DNA from: Felis catus
Lineage: Eukaryota
Reading direction: 5' to 3'
DNA: 64,000 nt
NCBI RefSeq assembly: GCF_018350175.1
Contig: NC_058373.1
Span: 99,698,001 to 99,762,000, forward strand
Shown one piece after another: positions 35,636-48,420 of the stretch. Every line of letters begins with the position of its first letter. The stretch's first letter is position 1. The position numbers and the translations under genes are program-made. Under the pieces are notes generated by a model. That model was not told where the DNA came from. It saw nothing but the letters and a program-made list of their open reading frames with translations, and made no database searches.

Positions 35636-38600
35636 TTATTTTATTTAAAAACTTGTAAAGTTCCAAAGATATTCAATGCAGACAGGTGTTGAGTTTGGTA
35701 AGTTCTTTATAGATTTTTGATACTAACCCTTTATCCAATATGTCATTTGCAGATATCTTCTCCCATTCCGATGGTTGCCTTTGAGTTTTGTTGATTGTTT
35801 CCTTTGCTGTGGAGAAGCTTTTTATCTTGATGAGGTCCCACTTTGCTTTTATTTCCCTTACCTTTGGAGACATGTCAAGTAAGAAGTTGCTCTAGCTGAG
35901 GTCAAAGAAGTTGCTGCCTGTGTTCTCCTCTAGAATTTTGTTGCTTCCTCACATTTAGGTCTTTCATCCATTTTGAATTTATTTTTGTGCATGGTGTAAG
36001 AAAGTGGTCTAGTTTCATTCTTCTGCATGTTGCCATCCAGTTTTCCAGCACCATTTGTTGAAGAGACTTTTTCCATTGGATATTCTTTCCTGCTCTGTTG
36101 AAGATGAGTTGACCATATAGTTGTGGGTCCATTTTTGGGTTTTCTGTTCTGTTCCATTGTTCTATGTGTCTGTTTTTGTGTCAGTACCATACTGTCTTGA
36201 TGACTACAGCTTTGTAATATATCTGGAGTCGTGATGCCTCCAGTTTTGTTTTTCTTTTTCAGGACTGCTTTGGCTATTTGGGGTCTTTTGTGGTTCCATA
36301 CAAATTTTAGGATTGTTTGTTCTAGCTCTGTGAAAAATGCTGGTAGCATTTTGATAGGGATTTCATTGTATGTGTATATTGCATTGGGTCATATAGACAT
36401 TTTAATAATGTTCTTCCAATCCATGAGCATGGAATGCTTTTCCATTTTTTTGTGTCCTCTCCAATTTCTTTCATAAGTGTTCTATAGTTTTCAGGGTATA
36501 GATCTTTTGCCTCTTTTGTTAGGTTTATTACTGGGTATTTTATTGTTTTGGTTGAGAATTTTTGCATCCATGTTCATTGGGGAGATTGGCCTGTAATTCT
36601 CCTTTTTAGTGGGGCCTTTGTCTGGTTTTAGAATCAAGGTAATGCTGGCCCAATAGAATAAGTTTGGAAGTTTTACTTCTATTTCTGTTTTTTGGAACAG
36701 TTTAAGAAGAATAGATGTTAACCCTTCTTTAAATGTCGGATAGAATTCCCCTGGGAAGCCATTTGGCCCCGGACTCTTGTTTGTAGGGAGATTTTTGAAT
36801 ACTGATTCAGTTTCTTTGCCAGTTATGGGTCTGTTCAAATTTTCTATTTCTTTCTGTTTCAGTTTTGGTAGTTTGTGAGTTTCTAGGAATTTGTCCATTT
36901 CTTCCAGATTACCCAGTTTGTTGTCATAGAATTCTCTTACGCTTGTTTGTATATCTTGGTTTTGGTTGTGATCTCTCCTCTTTCATTCATGGTTTTATCT
37001 ATTTGGGTCCTTTCTCTTTTCTTTCTGATAAGTCTGGCTAGGGATTTATCAATTTTGTTAATTCTTTCAAAGAACCTTCTCCTAGTTTCACTGATCTGTT
37101 CTACTGGTTTTCGTTGTTGTTGTTTGTTTCTATATCGTTTCTGCTCTAATCTTTGTTATTTCCCTTCTTCTGCTGGCTTTAGGCTTTATTTGCTGTTCCT
37201 TTTCTATCTCCTTTAGGTGTAAGGTTAGGTTGTTTATTTGGGGCCTTTCTTGCTTCTTGAGATAGCCCTGAATTGCAATGTACTTTCCTCTTAGGATTGC
37301 CTTGCTGAATCCCAAAGGGTTTGGACTGTCGTGTTTTCATTTTCAGTTACTTCCATGTATTTTTAATTTCTTCCTTAATTTCCTGGTTGACTCATTCATT
37401 CTTTAGTAGGGTGTTCTTTAACCTCCAGGTATTTGAGGACTTTCCAAATTTTTTCTTGTGGTTGACTTCAAGTTTCATAGCATTGTGATCTGAAAATATA
37501 CATGGCATGATCTCAATCTCTTTTTACTTATTGAAGGCTTATTTGTGACCCAGTATGTGATCTATCTGGAGAATGTTCCATGTGCACTCAAGAAAAATGT
37601 GTATTCTGCTTTAGAATGAAATATTCTGAGTATATCTGTTAAGTCCATTCATGTCATTCAAAGCCATTGTTTCCTTGTTGATTTTCTGCTTAGATGATGT
37701 GTCTATTGTTGTAAGTGGGGTGTTAAGGTCCCCTACTATTATTGTATGATTATCAATGATTTTCTTTGTGTTTGTTATTAATTGGTTTATGTATTTGAGT
37801 ACTCTCAAGTTAGGGGCATACGTATTTACAATTGTTTGATTTTGATGGATAGATCCCTTAATTATTATATAATGTCCTTCTTCATCTCTTGTTATTGTCT
37901 TTGGTTTAAAACCTAATTTGTCTGATATAAGTATGGCTACTCTGGCTTTCTTTTGACATCCGTTAGCGTGATAGATGGTTCTCCATCCCCTCACTTTCAA
38001 TCTGCAGGTGTCTTTAGGTCTAAAATGAATCTCTTGTAGGTAGCATATAGATGGATCTTGTGGGGTTTTGTTTTTTGTTTTTTTGTTTTTTGTTTTTTGT
38101 TTTACCCATTCTGATACTCTGTGTCTTTTGTTTGGAGCATTTAGTCCAGTTACATTCAGAATGATTGTTGAAAGAGTTGAGTTTAGTGTCATTGTGTTGT
38201 TACCAGTGATGCTCTCTGGTCCTTTATAGTCTTTGTTCATTTTGGTCCTTTTTTCCCCAAAGAGTCCCGTGTAAAATTTCTTGGAGGGCTGGTTTAGTGG
38301 TCATAAACTCCTTTAGTTTTTGTTTGCCTGAGAGATTCTTTATCTCACCTATTTTGAATGACAGCCTTGCTGGATAGAGTATTTTTGGCTGCATATTTTT
38401 CTGATTCAACACATTGACTGTATCTTGCCACTCCTTTCTGGCCTGTCAAGTTTTTTCGGACAGATCTGCTGCAAACCTTATCTTTCTTCCCTTGTAAGTT
38501 ATGGACTTTTTTCCCCCTTGCTGCTTTCAGGATTCTTTCCTTGTCTGTGTATTTTGTGAATTTGGTTATGGTATATCTTGTCAATGGCCAGCTTTTATTG

Positions 38601-39015
38601 AATGTAATGGGAGCCTCTATGTTTCTTGGATTTTGATGTCTGTGTCATTTCCCAGATTAGGGAAAATTTCAGCTATAATTTGCTCACATAAACCTCCTGC
38701 CCTTTTTTCTCTCTCTTTGTCTTCTGGGACTCCTATGATATAAATATTATTACGTTTTAATAAAGCATTGAGTTTCCTACGTCTGCCTTTGGGATCCCTG
38801 ATCTTTGATTTCCTCTTCTTTTCAGCTTCATTTTTTTCTATAATTTTATCTTCTGTATCATCAATTCACTCCTCTGCCTTGTCCATCCTCATTTTTATGA
38901 CCTCCACTTGGGTTTACATCTCAGTTATAGCATTTTTAATTTCAGCCTGACTAGATTTTAGTTCTTTCATCTTTGAAGAAAGGGACTTTCTGGTGTCTTC
39001 TCTGGTTTTTTCAAG

Positions 39016-39107
39016 CCTAGTTATAGTTATAATCATTTTAAATTCTTATAGTTATAGTTATAATCTTAAATTCTTCCTAGTTATAGTTATAATCATTTTA
39101 AATTCTA
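39016..39107. repeat. Triplicated ~30-bp unit (TAGTTATAGTTATAATCATTTTAAATTCT) inside L1 ORF1
   Basis: Three near-identical copies visible directly. Confidence 0.88.
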
Positions 39108-39776
39108 GTTCAGACATCTTACTTATATCTGCATTGATTAAATCCCTGGCCGTCATTTCTTCCTGTTTTTTTCTTTTGAGGTGAATTCCTCTGTCATTTT
39201 GGAGGAAAGAAAAACAATAATAGAGTGAAATAAAAATTTTAAAATTTAAAAACAAATAAAGAAAGCTAGATCCTAGATGTGTTTTGGTGTTCTTGTTAAG
39301 AGAAGCTTGATAGAAAAAAAAGAGAAAAGAGAAAAAAAATTTAAAAATAATAATAAAATAAAATAAAAATTTTGCTCTTCCTGCATCCAAGAAACAAATA
39401 AAAGAAAATCCACAAAAACAGAAGCAACAACAACAAAAAGAACAAACAAAGAAAACCCAGATGAAGCTAAATCCAATTTCCCCTAAGGCTGAAACTTTGT
39501 AGCAGTCTATGATCAGAAGAGTAAGTGGGTGGAAGGGATTTGTGCGATTCTTCTGGGGGAGGGTCTTGCCACGCTGCAGCCAGGGCAGACTTGTCCCAGG
39601 AAACAGGCCACCAGCAGCGGCAGCAGCTCAATGCCAGGGTTTGCTGCCCTCAGTCCTTATCTTTGTTCCTTTATAGTTGAACCTGGCAGCTTGATATGGT
39701 GCCTGCCGGGTCTTTTGCCTTCAGAGAGGCTGTATCACCTCTACCAAATGCATTCCAAGCAAGGAAACCATTTCTT

Positions 39777-39781
39777 TTCAT

Positions 39782-39820
<39 letters not shown>

Positions 39821-40481
39821 TTTTATTTTATTTTATTTTATTTAATATATGAAGTTTATTGTCAAATTGGTTTCCATACAACACCCAGTGCTCATCCCAA
39901 AAGGTGCCCTCCTCAATACCCATCACCCACCCTCCCCTCCCTCCCACCCCCCATCAACCCTCAGTTTGTTCTCAGTTTTTAAGAGTCTCTTATGCTTTGG
40001 CTCTCTCCCTCTCTAACCTCTTTTTTTTTTTCCTTCCCCTCCCCCATGGGTTTCTGTTAAGTTTCTCAGGATCCACATAAGAGTGAAACCATATGGTATC
40101 TGTCTTTCTCTGTATGGCTTATTTCACTTAGCATCACACTCTCCAGTTCCATCCATGTTGCTACAAAGGGCCATATTTCGTTCTTTCTCATTGCCATGTA
40201 GTATTCCATTGTATATATAAACCACAATTTCTTTATCCACTCATCAGTTGATGGACATTTAGGCTCTTTCCATAATTTAGCTATTGTTGAGAGTGCTGCT
40301 ATAAACATTGGGGTACAAGTGCCCCTATGCATCAGTAGTCCTGTATCCCTTGGGTAAATTCCTAGCAGTGCTATTGCTGGGTCACAGGGTAGGTCTATTT
40401 TTAATTTTTTGAGGAATCTCCACACTGCTTTCCAGAGCTGCTGCACCAGTTTGCATTCCCACCAACAGTGCAAGAGGGTTC
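39777..40481 (-). mobile_element. 5'-truncated young L1 (~705 bp) nested in the 5'UTR of the intronic L1
   Basis: 18-bp TSD GCAAGG(A/G)AACCATTTCTT at 39759-39776 and 40482-40499. (TTTA)n tail. Open ORF2 C-terminus ([12 protein letters not shown]…YHMVSLLCGS). Confidence 0.95.
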
Positions 40482-41048
40482 GCAAGGGAACCATTTCTTA
40501 CTGAGCAACCCAGAGGGTCCTCAGACCCCACTGCCCATGGCTCTACCCCCATTCCTTGCCAGATCACCACCAGTGGCTGACCTCTAAACCTCAGACTCTG
40601 TGCTCTGCTGTTTATAAAAACTGGTGGTATTGAAACCGTCTCCTCCCCCGCCCCCAATGCCATCAGTAGTTCTGGGGGACAGTTTTCTTGTGCAGTCCCC
40701 TGTCCATATTTTTACTGTTTCTCTCTGCTGCTTTCAGGGGGAGTGCTTTCTTGCACAAACCCGATATGCTGTTCTGTCTCCCCCTCTTTCTCCTCTCTCT
40801 GAATACTTCTGCTTCCCCTCTGCGGCACCATGGCTCTCCTCTCCCCTGATTCACCTCTCCACACCATGTACCCTGCTGTGTTCTCTCCCTCAAATTATGC
40901 AGATTGTTCTGTTAATCCTCAGATCTGTTTCCTAGGTGTTCAGAATGGTTTGGTGTTGAGCTAGTTGTGTTTGCAGGAGGAGACAAGCCCACGGTCTCCT
41001 TACTACTCTGCCATCTTAACTCCTCCCCCTGAGCATTATTTTCTAAGG

Positions 41049-41626
41049 CAGTGGTTTTCTAACATTTTTTTAGTCTAAAGACCCCTTTTCACTCTTAAAC
41101 ATTATTAAGGATACAAAGAACTTTAATTTTTGTAGATTATATGTATTAGTATTTATCATATTAGAAATTTTAAATAAGAAAAATTTTAAATATTATTGCA
41201 AAACAAGTTAACAAAATGTACTTACTTCTTGTGTTTCTGCATTGGTGTAAGGAAAACTTGGGGCTTTCACAAAGATATAATGAATGATAATAAAATTCTA
41301 GAGATTATAGAAGATAAAATAAAAGAAAAAGCATGTTAGGAGCACAGAAGTACTGAGAACATTCTCTGAAAATGTACGTATGTGTATATCCAAAATCAAC
41401 TACCTAAGAAAGGTCTAGCAAACACAAGAATGCACAGTATATATTCCATTAGCCATTGGAGTGATGATGTCATTACACATCAGGTATCCTTGGTAAAACT
41501 TACTGTACACCTAGGAGTGAAAAAGGCAAATAAATCTTTTTTATGATATTGTACTTTTTTAATGATATGATACCCTGAAGACACACTGAACAGGTATTGG
41601 AAACCCCCACACTTTGAAAATCACTC
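41049..41626. mobile_element. hAT-Charlie-type non-autonomous DNA transposon
   Basis: Ends CAGTGGTTTTC…GAAAATCACTC. 8-bp TSD T(T/C)CTAAGG at 41041-41048 and 41627-41634. Confidence 0.7.
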
Positions 41627-42459
41627 TCCTAAGGAATGGGCCTGGTGACTGGGAAAAATAAAGGCTATATGTGAAGGGAGAAAAAAAAAACCTTGCTCAT
41701 AGCATGAATAATATATTTCATTAAGCCAGTGAAAAATTTATTGAGGTTTGATTTTTTTAAATTAATTTTGCTATAATGCTGCATTAGAGAGAGATACTTA
41801 ACCGAACTGAATTTTCAGATTTCCATTTTGAAAACTTTTTTTTGGAAGAAAATATAGAGACTATGGGATGAGCTTTAGAAGAAGTTTGTAGCACATTCTC
41901 TAATGCATGTAACATATTTTCATCAAAATTCATTTTACCTTAGAGACCCACAATGTATTGGAGGTTGGTAGGGGAGCAGGGATGGATGGAAGAGGGATCT
42001 AATGATAGATTAGCCATAATAGCTGAGAAGTTTATAGGCCAGATAAAGATAAGGACGAGCTTGTATAATTGCATATATCAGAATCCATGGAGTCAGAGAA
42101 GTGATAGGGGACATCCTGCCTGTATTGAGAGAACTCATGTGTGTATTTCATTTTGGTGGGCAAACAGAATGGGTAGGATGCTCCTTTCAAAGGAGGCTGT
42201 TAGAGGTGGGCAAAACATGGGTCCAGGGAAAAGAGTTGAAAGTGGATTTAAAGGGGCTAGTGCAGAGGATGAGGTCTGGGTGTTGTGATGGATAAACTGT
42301 ATAGAAGGGGCATTAGAATCCAGAGAGCTCTCCTCAGCAGGGATGTCCAGCTACTTACGTCTCCAGCAAGTTGGCAACATAGCATTTTTTTCCTGGACTC
42401 TTAAGTCCAGTAGAGGGAGCTCTTCTCATACCAATTCACTGTGTAAATTGAACTACTTT

Positions 42460-42689
42460 TTATTTTTTTTTTTAATTTTTTTTCAACGTTTTTTATTTAT
42501 TTTTGGGACAGAGAGAGACAGAGCATGAACAGGGGAGGGGCAGAGAGAGAGGGAGACACAGAATCGGAAACAGGCTCCAGGCTCCGAGCCATCAGCCCAG
42601 AGCCCGACGCGGGGCTCGAACTCACGGACCGCGAGATCGTGACCTGGCTGAAGTCGGAGGCTTAACCGACTGCGCCACCCAGGCGCCCC
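42460..42689 (-). mobile_element. Very young feline SINE in the PTGDR intron
   Basis: Perfect TSD TAAATTGAACTACTTT at 42444-42459 and 42690-42705. Near-identical to the SINEs at 27601 and 30401. Confidence 0.96.
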
Positions 42690-43884
42690 TAAATTGAACT
42701 ACTTTAAACATGAGGGCTTTATATTCTGAGGTTATTCATTATTCTGGCCATCTTTTATAGGAGCAGTTTATAAAGTATGTTCTAGAGAATATTACTGAGC
42801 AACAGAGAGGTTTTGAAAGTCTAAATTGTGTTTAAATTGATATCTCTTCAGAATTAATATAATATGTCATAAATGAATACATTTGTCACATTTTTAGTAA
42901 ACTCAAAAAATAAAAATAAAATAAAAAGCCAGGTGTACATTTCTAATATAAATCAAGTGACTTGAAAGTATGATTAACCTAATAATATGCGATAGAACGG
43001 ACATGGACAAATACTGCATAGAAGTAAAATGGTTTGTTTTAGTTATGTAAATCTCATTTAGTTACTCAGCTCCCAACTAATAAAGTATTATGACATAGTT
43101 AAAATTATATTTTGCTGTACTCTACTTTGAGGAGAAAGGAACAAATGTAAAAACAGACTTACATAAAGTATTTGCTTTTCAAATCAACTTACTGTTGACC
43201 ATTTATCAAATTCAGCATGTATCTGGTACAAACAACATTCAGTGCTGTAATTCACTGTGGGGATATAAAATGAGAAAAATATCACATCTGCCCATATAAG
43301 CTATAATACAGGACGAGGGATGGAGTGATTGGGGCCGTAAGGGAGTTTAGAGGAGAAAAGGTATTGCTACTAATGATAAGATAATAATACTGGCAAATTT
43401 TTGAGTTCTTACTGTGTGCTAAGACCTGTTGTAAAGGTTTTGCTCATATCATCTTATTCAAACTTCAAAACAGTCATGGAAGGTAGGTACACTTATCCCC
43501 ATTGTATAGGTGAGAAAATGGAATAACTTGCCTAATTTCACACAGCCAAGTGAGGGTTCCATCCAACCTCATGGTCAGACTCTAAAGCTAATGGACTTAG
43601 CCGCTCCCTCAAAGAGACTTCCCGAAGGGCTTAATGTTTGAGATGGACCTTGAAAGGAGCTAGGATTTGGGTACATAAAATCCAAAAGGTTTTAAAGTAA
43701 AATGCTCAGTTTTCACATTTTTGAAATGGAGATAATGATTGTAATGGATTTTTGTGAGGATGAAATGAAGTTTTAAAAGTGAAATGCCTAGAACAGTGCT
43801 CTACATGGGCACTAACCATTATTATTAGTAGTAGTATTATTAGTGATGATGGGAGAGGGCATTCAAATATAAGTGTAACTTTTT

Positions 43885-44101
43885 TATTTTTAAAAAATGT
43901 TGATTTATTTGAGAGAGAGGAAGAGTGCACACATGTGGACAGCGGAGGGGCAGAGAGAGATAAAGAGAGAGAGAATCCCAAGCAGGCTCCATGCTGTTAG
44001 AGTAGGGCCTGACTCAGCGTTCAAACCCACAAACCATGAGGTCATGGCCTGAGCCAAAATCAAAAGTCGATGCTCAGTCAGCTGAGCCACCCAGGCATCC
44101 C
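43885..44101 (-). mobile_element. Can-SINE
   Basis: Reverse SINE body flanked by TAAGTGTA repeats. Confidence 0.88.
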
Positions 44102-44531
44102 TAAGTGTATCTTCTTAAGTGCAGTAGATGGGAATGTCTGAGCCCACTGAAATGCTCTATAGAAAATAGAGTAAAAAGTAAGGAAGCAATTACAGGAAGA
44201 CACATCTCATATTCCTTGATTGCACTGAATGGGTCTGTGCTGGACAATTATTCATAACCCCTCCCAGTAATGTTGAGTTTACATGCTTTCTGTCCCATTC
44301 GAGTCCATTTTGTCCCATTATGGATTTAGACTCTCAGTAGGCATAGGAAATATAACGGCTGGCCTCCAGCAGAGTGGGAGACAATGGTAGTGCTGGCTGA
44401 AGTGTTGGCCATGGTGGCTCAACAGGAGGAAAAGCCATGGGATGGGACAATTTGCAGGGCTCCAAGGAGGTCAGAACCTCGGGGCAGATCAAGACAATAT
44501 GAGTGGTCAGGCACAAGTAAGTAGCCTTATA

Positions 44532-44535
<4 letters not shown>

Positions 44536-44582
<47 letters not shown>
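44536..44582. repeat. (TG)n microsatellite in the PTGDR intron
   Basis: About 23 uninterrupted TG units. Confidence 0.97.
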
Positions 44583-44584
<2 letters not shown>

Positions 44585-45239
44585 TAGTCTGAAAAGAGGA
44601 TGTCAACCACAAAAAGGTAAGCATCTATCCTAAGAATAAGTAATTCACATGAGTTGAACAGGTCCTTGTGTAAGTCTCCTCCTATCTTCCCACTGGAGTA
44701 TTTCCTGTCTCCTCGTTGATTAAAAGTTTCTCTCTCATTGTTGTCTCCAAACATGCAACATTTCACAAATGAGGCTTGATTCTGGGCTAATAAAAGGACA
44801 GAAAGCAGGCAGAAGAAAAAAAAGGAAAACCAGAGAAAAGAGAATCTCTGTGTTTATGGAAACGTGGTGACCCTCTTTGTAAAAGATTTGGTGGCCTGGA
44901 TTTGTCCCATGTCAGCTCTTCCTCTGTACAGCCTGGCAGGGACCTGGAAACCCCAGCCCTGCAGCATCACAGCAAGTAGAGCAGCCTTCAGGGACTTAGA
45001 CCCCTCTCCCAGAAGCACTCGCTTCCACTGAGCCTTCAGGTCGACCTTGCACCTTCCAAACTCCTTACTTATTCCTGTCAGTGGCAGTGGACTTTGCTGC
45101 TTGTAATTGTACCAAAAATGAATATTCCAAGCCAAGTTGCCATGTTCCTAAAAAATTAATGTTTCTAAAGTGAGGTAAGTGAATTTATTTCTACCATCAG
45201 CCTTTCAGTGTCATAATGGGATGTTTTTCTTTAAAACAG

Positions 45240-45479
45240 TATCGTGCTTACTATGGAGCATTTAAAGCGGTCAATGAGGAAAATGGCACCTTTGAAGAAA
45301 TGGAAGACCTCCGAGCCTTGCGTTTTCTATCTGTAATCTCCATTGTGGACCCTTGGATTTTCATAATTTTCAGAACACCGGTATTTCGGATGTCTTTTCA
45401 CAAGATTTTCATAAGGCCTCTTATGTACAGAAATTGGTATAGCAATTCCTGCCGAACTAACATGGAGTCCAGTCTGTGA
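45240..45479 (+). CDS. PTGDR: Prostaglandin D2 receptor (DP1) coding exon 2: ECL3, TM7 and C-tail, 79 aa plus TGA
   Basis: Acceptor tttttctttaaaacAG|TAT. Translation [45 protein letters not shown]...TNMESSL* has the TM7 Arg and the DPWIF motif of prostanoid receptors. It joins exon 1 in frame to give 358 aa. Confidence 0.97.
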   Translation, partial: YRAYYGAFKAVNEENGTFEEMEDLRALRFLSVISIVDPWIFIIFRTPVFRMSFHKIFIRPLMYRNWYSNSCRTNMESSL

Positions 45480-47082
45480 CAGTGTTTTACCATCCAGTCT
45501 CTGGTAAGCTGAGGAATATGTCACATCTTCTGTCAAAGAACCATGATTTAAAAAAAAAAAAAAATTTACAATTTAAAAGCTATCTCCCATAACAAAACAT
45601 CTAAATGTGTTTTCAGAAGTATTTGATAACATCTTTAACAATCTGTGGTCACTCTAGTCATGAACCAGTTCAGTCGATTTTTTCATCTTGAGTTATGAAC
45701 AGCAACTACAATTTCATGTAGTGTAACCAACGTTAACAGTCTTCAAGCGAGGATATTAATTGTTCCAACATTTGGGCGTGGCGTCCCTAATGTTTTAGAG
45801 AGAATAATGACACTTCTGGGTGTTTATTTGGATTCCGGTAGTAGCACCATTATTTACAATTATGTGATGTGTGTTCTTAAAATTTCTTATCCTATTCATT
45901 TCTGGTGAAACCTGATTTGTTTATTTTGTATCCTAATTGCCTGAATTATAGATGCTCCGCAGAGAAGTGAGGTGGGAAGTACAGCCAGGTCAGGGTTTGG
46001 ACAGGCCTTTGCCAGCCACCCTCTGGAATGGTGCTCACTGCTTCATGTGGAGAGGTGGTCCATAAATAAGTAGACCTGAGGCAAGATGTGACTGTGGTCC
46101 CCAGCCTAGAGAAGAAAAACTAGTTTTTATCTTTTGAAGTCTGGTATTCAGGTAGGGATGTCAGTAGGAATCGAAATTTGGGAGTGGGTTACAAAATGTT
46201 TCAATTTTTGGAAACTTCATTTTATATGTTTATCATATTGATGGATTCTTTGCGGGAGGGATTTATGTTTCTTTGAAAAATGGTGACATATGACTTCCCA
46301 GAGAGTCGTGTTCACTGCGTTTGGCTGTGTGAAGCAGCAGGGCATTTGGCACAGAGAAAAGCCCACCCAGGACTCCCCTAACCTCGATTGAGGATCATGT
46401 CAACAACCTTAACATCCACCTATTAACAGCCATATTTTGCTCTTTGTGGGAACTGTAAGATCATATTGAGGTCCCTGAGAGCTATGCTTTCAAAACTGGA
46501 GCAGGATGTGGCTCAGATGGAGCACAAGTGAGCACTTTAATCGTATGTTTAAATGTTTACAAAGGTTAGCAACACTATGGCCAAAAGGGAAATGTGGGAG
46601 AAATATGGTTGCAGCTAATAAGCCAAACAAAAACCTCTAAATCCAGCTTGTAGGTAAGAACTTGCACTTTTGGTAAAAGAACACTTGGGGGCTATCAGAG
46701 AGGTTTCATCACCTCTAGGGTCCTTTTGTACCCCAACACACTCAGAGACTCTGAGCTGGAAATCTGGCTACATTTGAATAGTCCCAAGATCCCCACTCAG
46801 CCATCCCTTCCAAAGACAAGAGTGTTTGTCTTATTTCCAGTTTAGCAGCAACCCCATTTTTCATCTCTGGTTTATCTCAGAGATGTATTAACCTGGATAT
46901 ATATGTGTGTTTGTTTGTTTTTGGTATAGCAGAACTGTGAAATGACCAAATTAGGAATATACAAGTTGTAATTTAAGAGGATGACTTCATGAAAAATGCA
47001 TTTGTTCTCAAGTTTAACTTTCATTTGTATATTTAATGGGTAAATACATATGTGTTTTATTTTCAGAGGAGATGCCTCTTTT

Positions 47083-47296
47083 TTTAATTTTTTTTATGTT
47101 TATTTATTTCTGAGACAGAGAGAGAGCATGAGCAGGGGGAGGGGCAGAGAGAGAGAGGGAGACACAGAATCAGAAGCAGGCTCCAGACTCTGAGCTGTCA
47201 GCACAGAGCCCAACACGGGGCTCAAACTCACAGACGGCGAAATCATGACCTGAGCTGAAGTCAGTCGCTCAACCGACTGAGCCACCCAGGCACCCC
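47083..47296 (-). mobile_element. Can-SINE, antisense within the probable PTGDR 3'UTR
   Basis: TSD AGGAGATGCCTCTTTT at 47067-47082 and 47297-47312. Confidence 0.94.
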
Positions 47297-47382
47297 AGGA
47301 GATGCCTCTTTTATTGTGCTCTCCTTTTGGAAGGTGTGCTATAATAACTGTCAAGATAATTTGATAAGGTCTCACATGAATC

Positions 47383-47464
47383 AATAAACATAATTTTATA
47401 ATATTTTGCAGAGGAAGTTTCTTTAAATGAAAGGAAGAGGTTTAGTTGTTTTTTTTTGAATAAA
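47383..47464 (+). promoter_or_regulatory. Candidate PTGDR polyadenylation signals (AATAAA at 47383-47388 and 47459-47464)
   Basis: Two canonical hexamers ~1.9 kb after the stop codon, followed by T/GT-rich sequence. Their use is inferred, not shown. Confidence 0.5.
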
Positions 47465-48420
47465 CAGTTGCAAGTTGCATTTCTTTCTTCAGTGGTTTAA
47501 TAGTGTGAATTTTTATATGCTCTTCTATTAGCATTTATATTAGTCTACACAAGTTTGCATAGCTTTATCCAAGGACTTAGTGATCCTTTCTGTTTAATAC
47601 AAAGTGTAGATATACCATCATGATGAAATCCAAGTTAAGTTAGATGTCCATTCTTCAATGATCTTTTATTTCTTTTCGTTTATTCATTAGATCATTAAAT
47701 AAGTCTTAATTGGCACATACATTGTGCCAGGCAATTGGTTAGGTGCTGAGGAAAAGAATACCTAAGACTCATCCCTGGCCCATGAGTTTTTCATTGTTTA
47801 ATAGGGGAGACAGTCATGTAAACAGTTACAATAGCGTTCAGAAGTCCCAGGAGTAAATGTGCACACACAGTCCAGTTAGAAGATGAGGTCTGAACTTGGG
47901 GTTGGGTGTGAGATATCAGGAGAACTTCTCCAGGACAAGATGCTTAAATCAAGTGTTGAAAATGAGTAGGAAGTTTGGCTCTGACTGAATGCCGGACGAA
48001 GACCCCAAGAGATAGTTCACAGAAGAGGAACTGCATGTGGTTCATAAATGCAGAAAAATTTCCAACCTCATCCAAGAAATGCAAAATTAAAATGAAATTG
48101 TCAAGGACTAAACCAAAAAAAAAAAAATTGAGTCTCAGTAACAGTGAAGCTTTTATTAAATAAGAGGAACGTGGCTGGTGAGTTTGTAAATTGACTACCT
48201 TTTCTGGATAGCAACCTGACAGCACATATCAAGAACCTAAAAGTGTTCTTTTCTACCATTCTAGTAATTCCACTCTAGAATTGCCTAGAATAAACAGAAG
48301 GGCTGTCTTGGCGATGTGCTAAACTCTTCTTTGTAACATTATTTACAATTGGAAAAAAATGAAAAGGAAACCATCTAAAGACCAAAACAAGGGTTAAACA
48401 AACTCTTCAGATATACTAGA

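Larger units (their letters stand above)
35684..41029 (-). mobile_element. Long decayed LINE-1 antisense in the PTGDR intron: 5' end intact, 3' end missing, RT core deleted
   Basis: 5' terminus GGGGAGGAGTTAAGATGGCAGAGTAG on the minus strand. ORF1 and ORF2 peptides appear in the minus-strand ORF track (…[47 protein letters not shown]). Homology stops after …KELTKLNT with no 3'UTR or poly(A). Confidence 0.94.
32887..45239 (+). other. PTGDR: PTGDR intron (12,353 bp, GT-AG, phase 0, at the end of TM6)
   Basis: GTGAGT donor at 32887 and AG at 45238-45239. An intron at the end of TM6 is the conserved position in prostanoid receptor genes. Confidence 0.93.
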
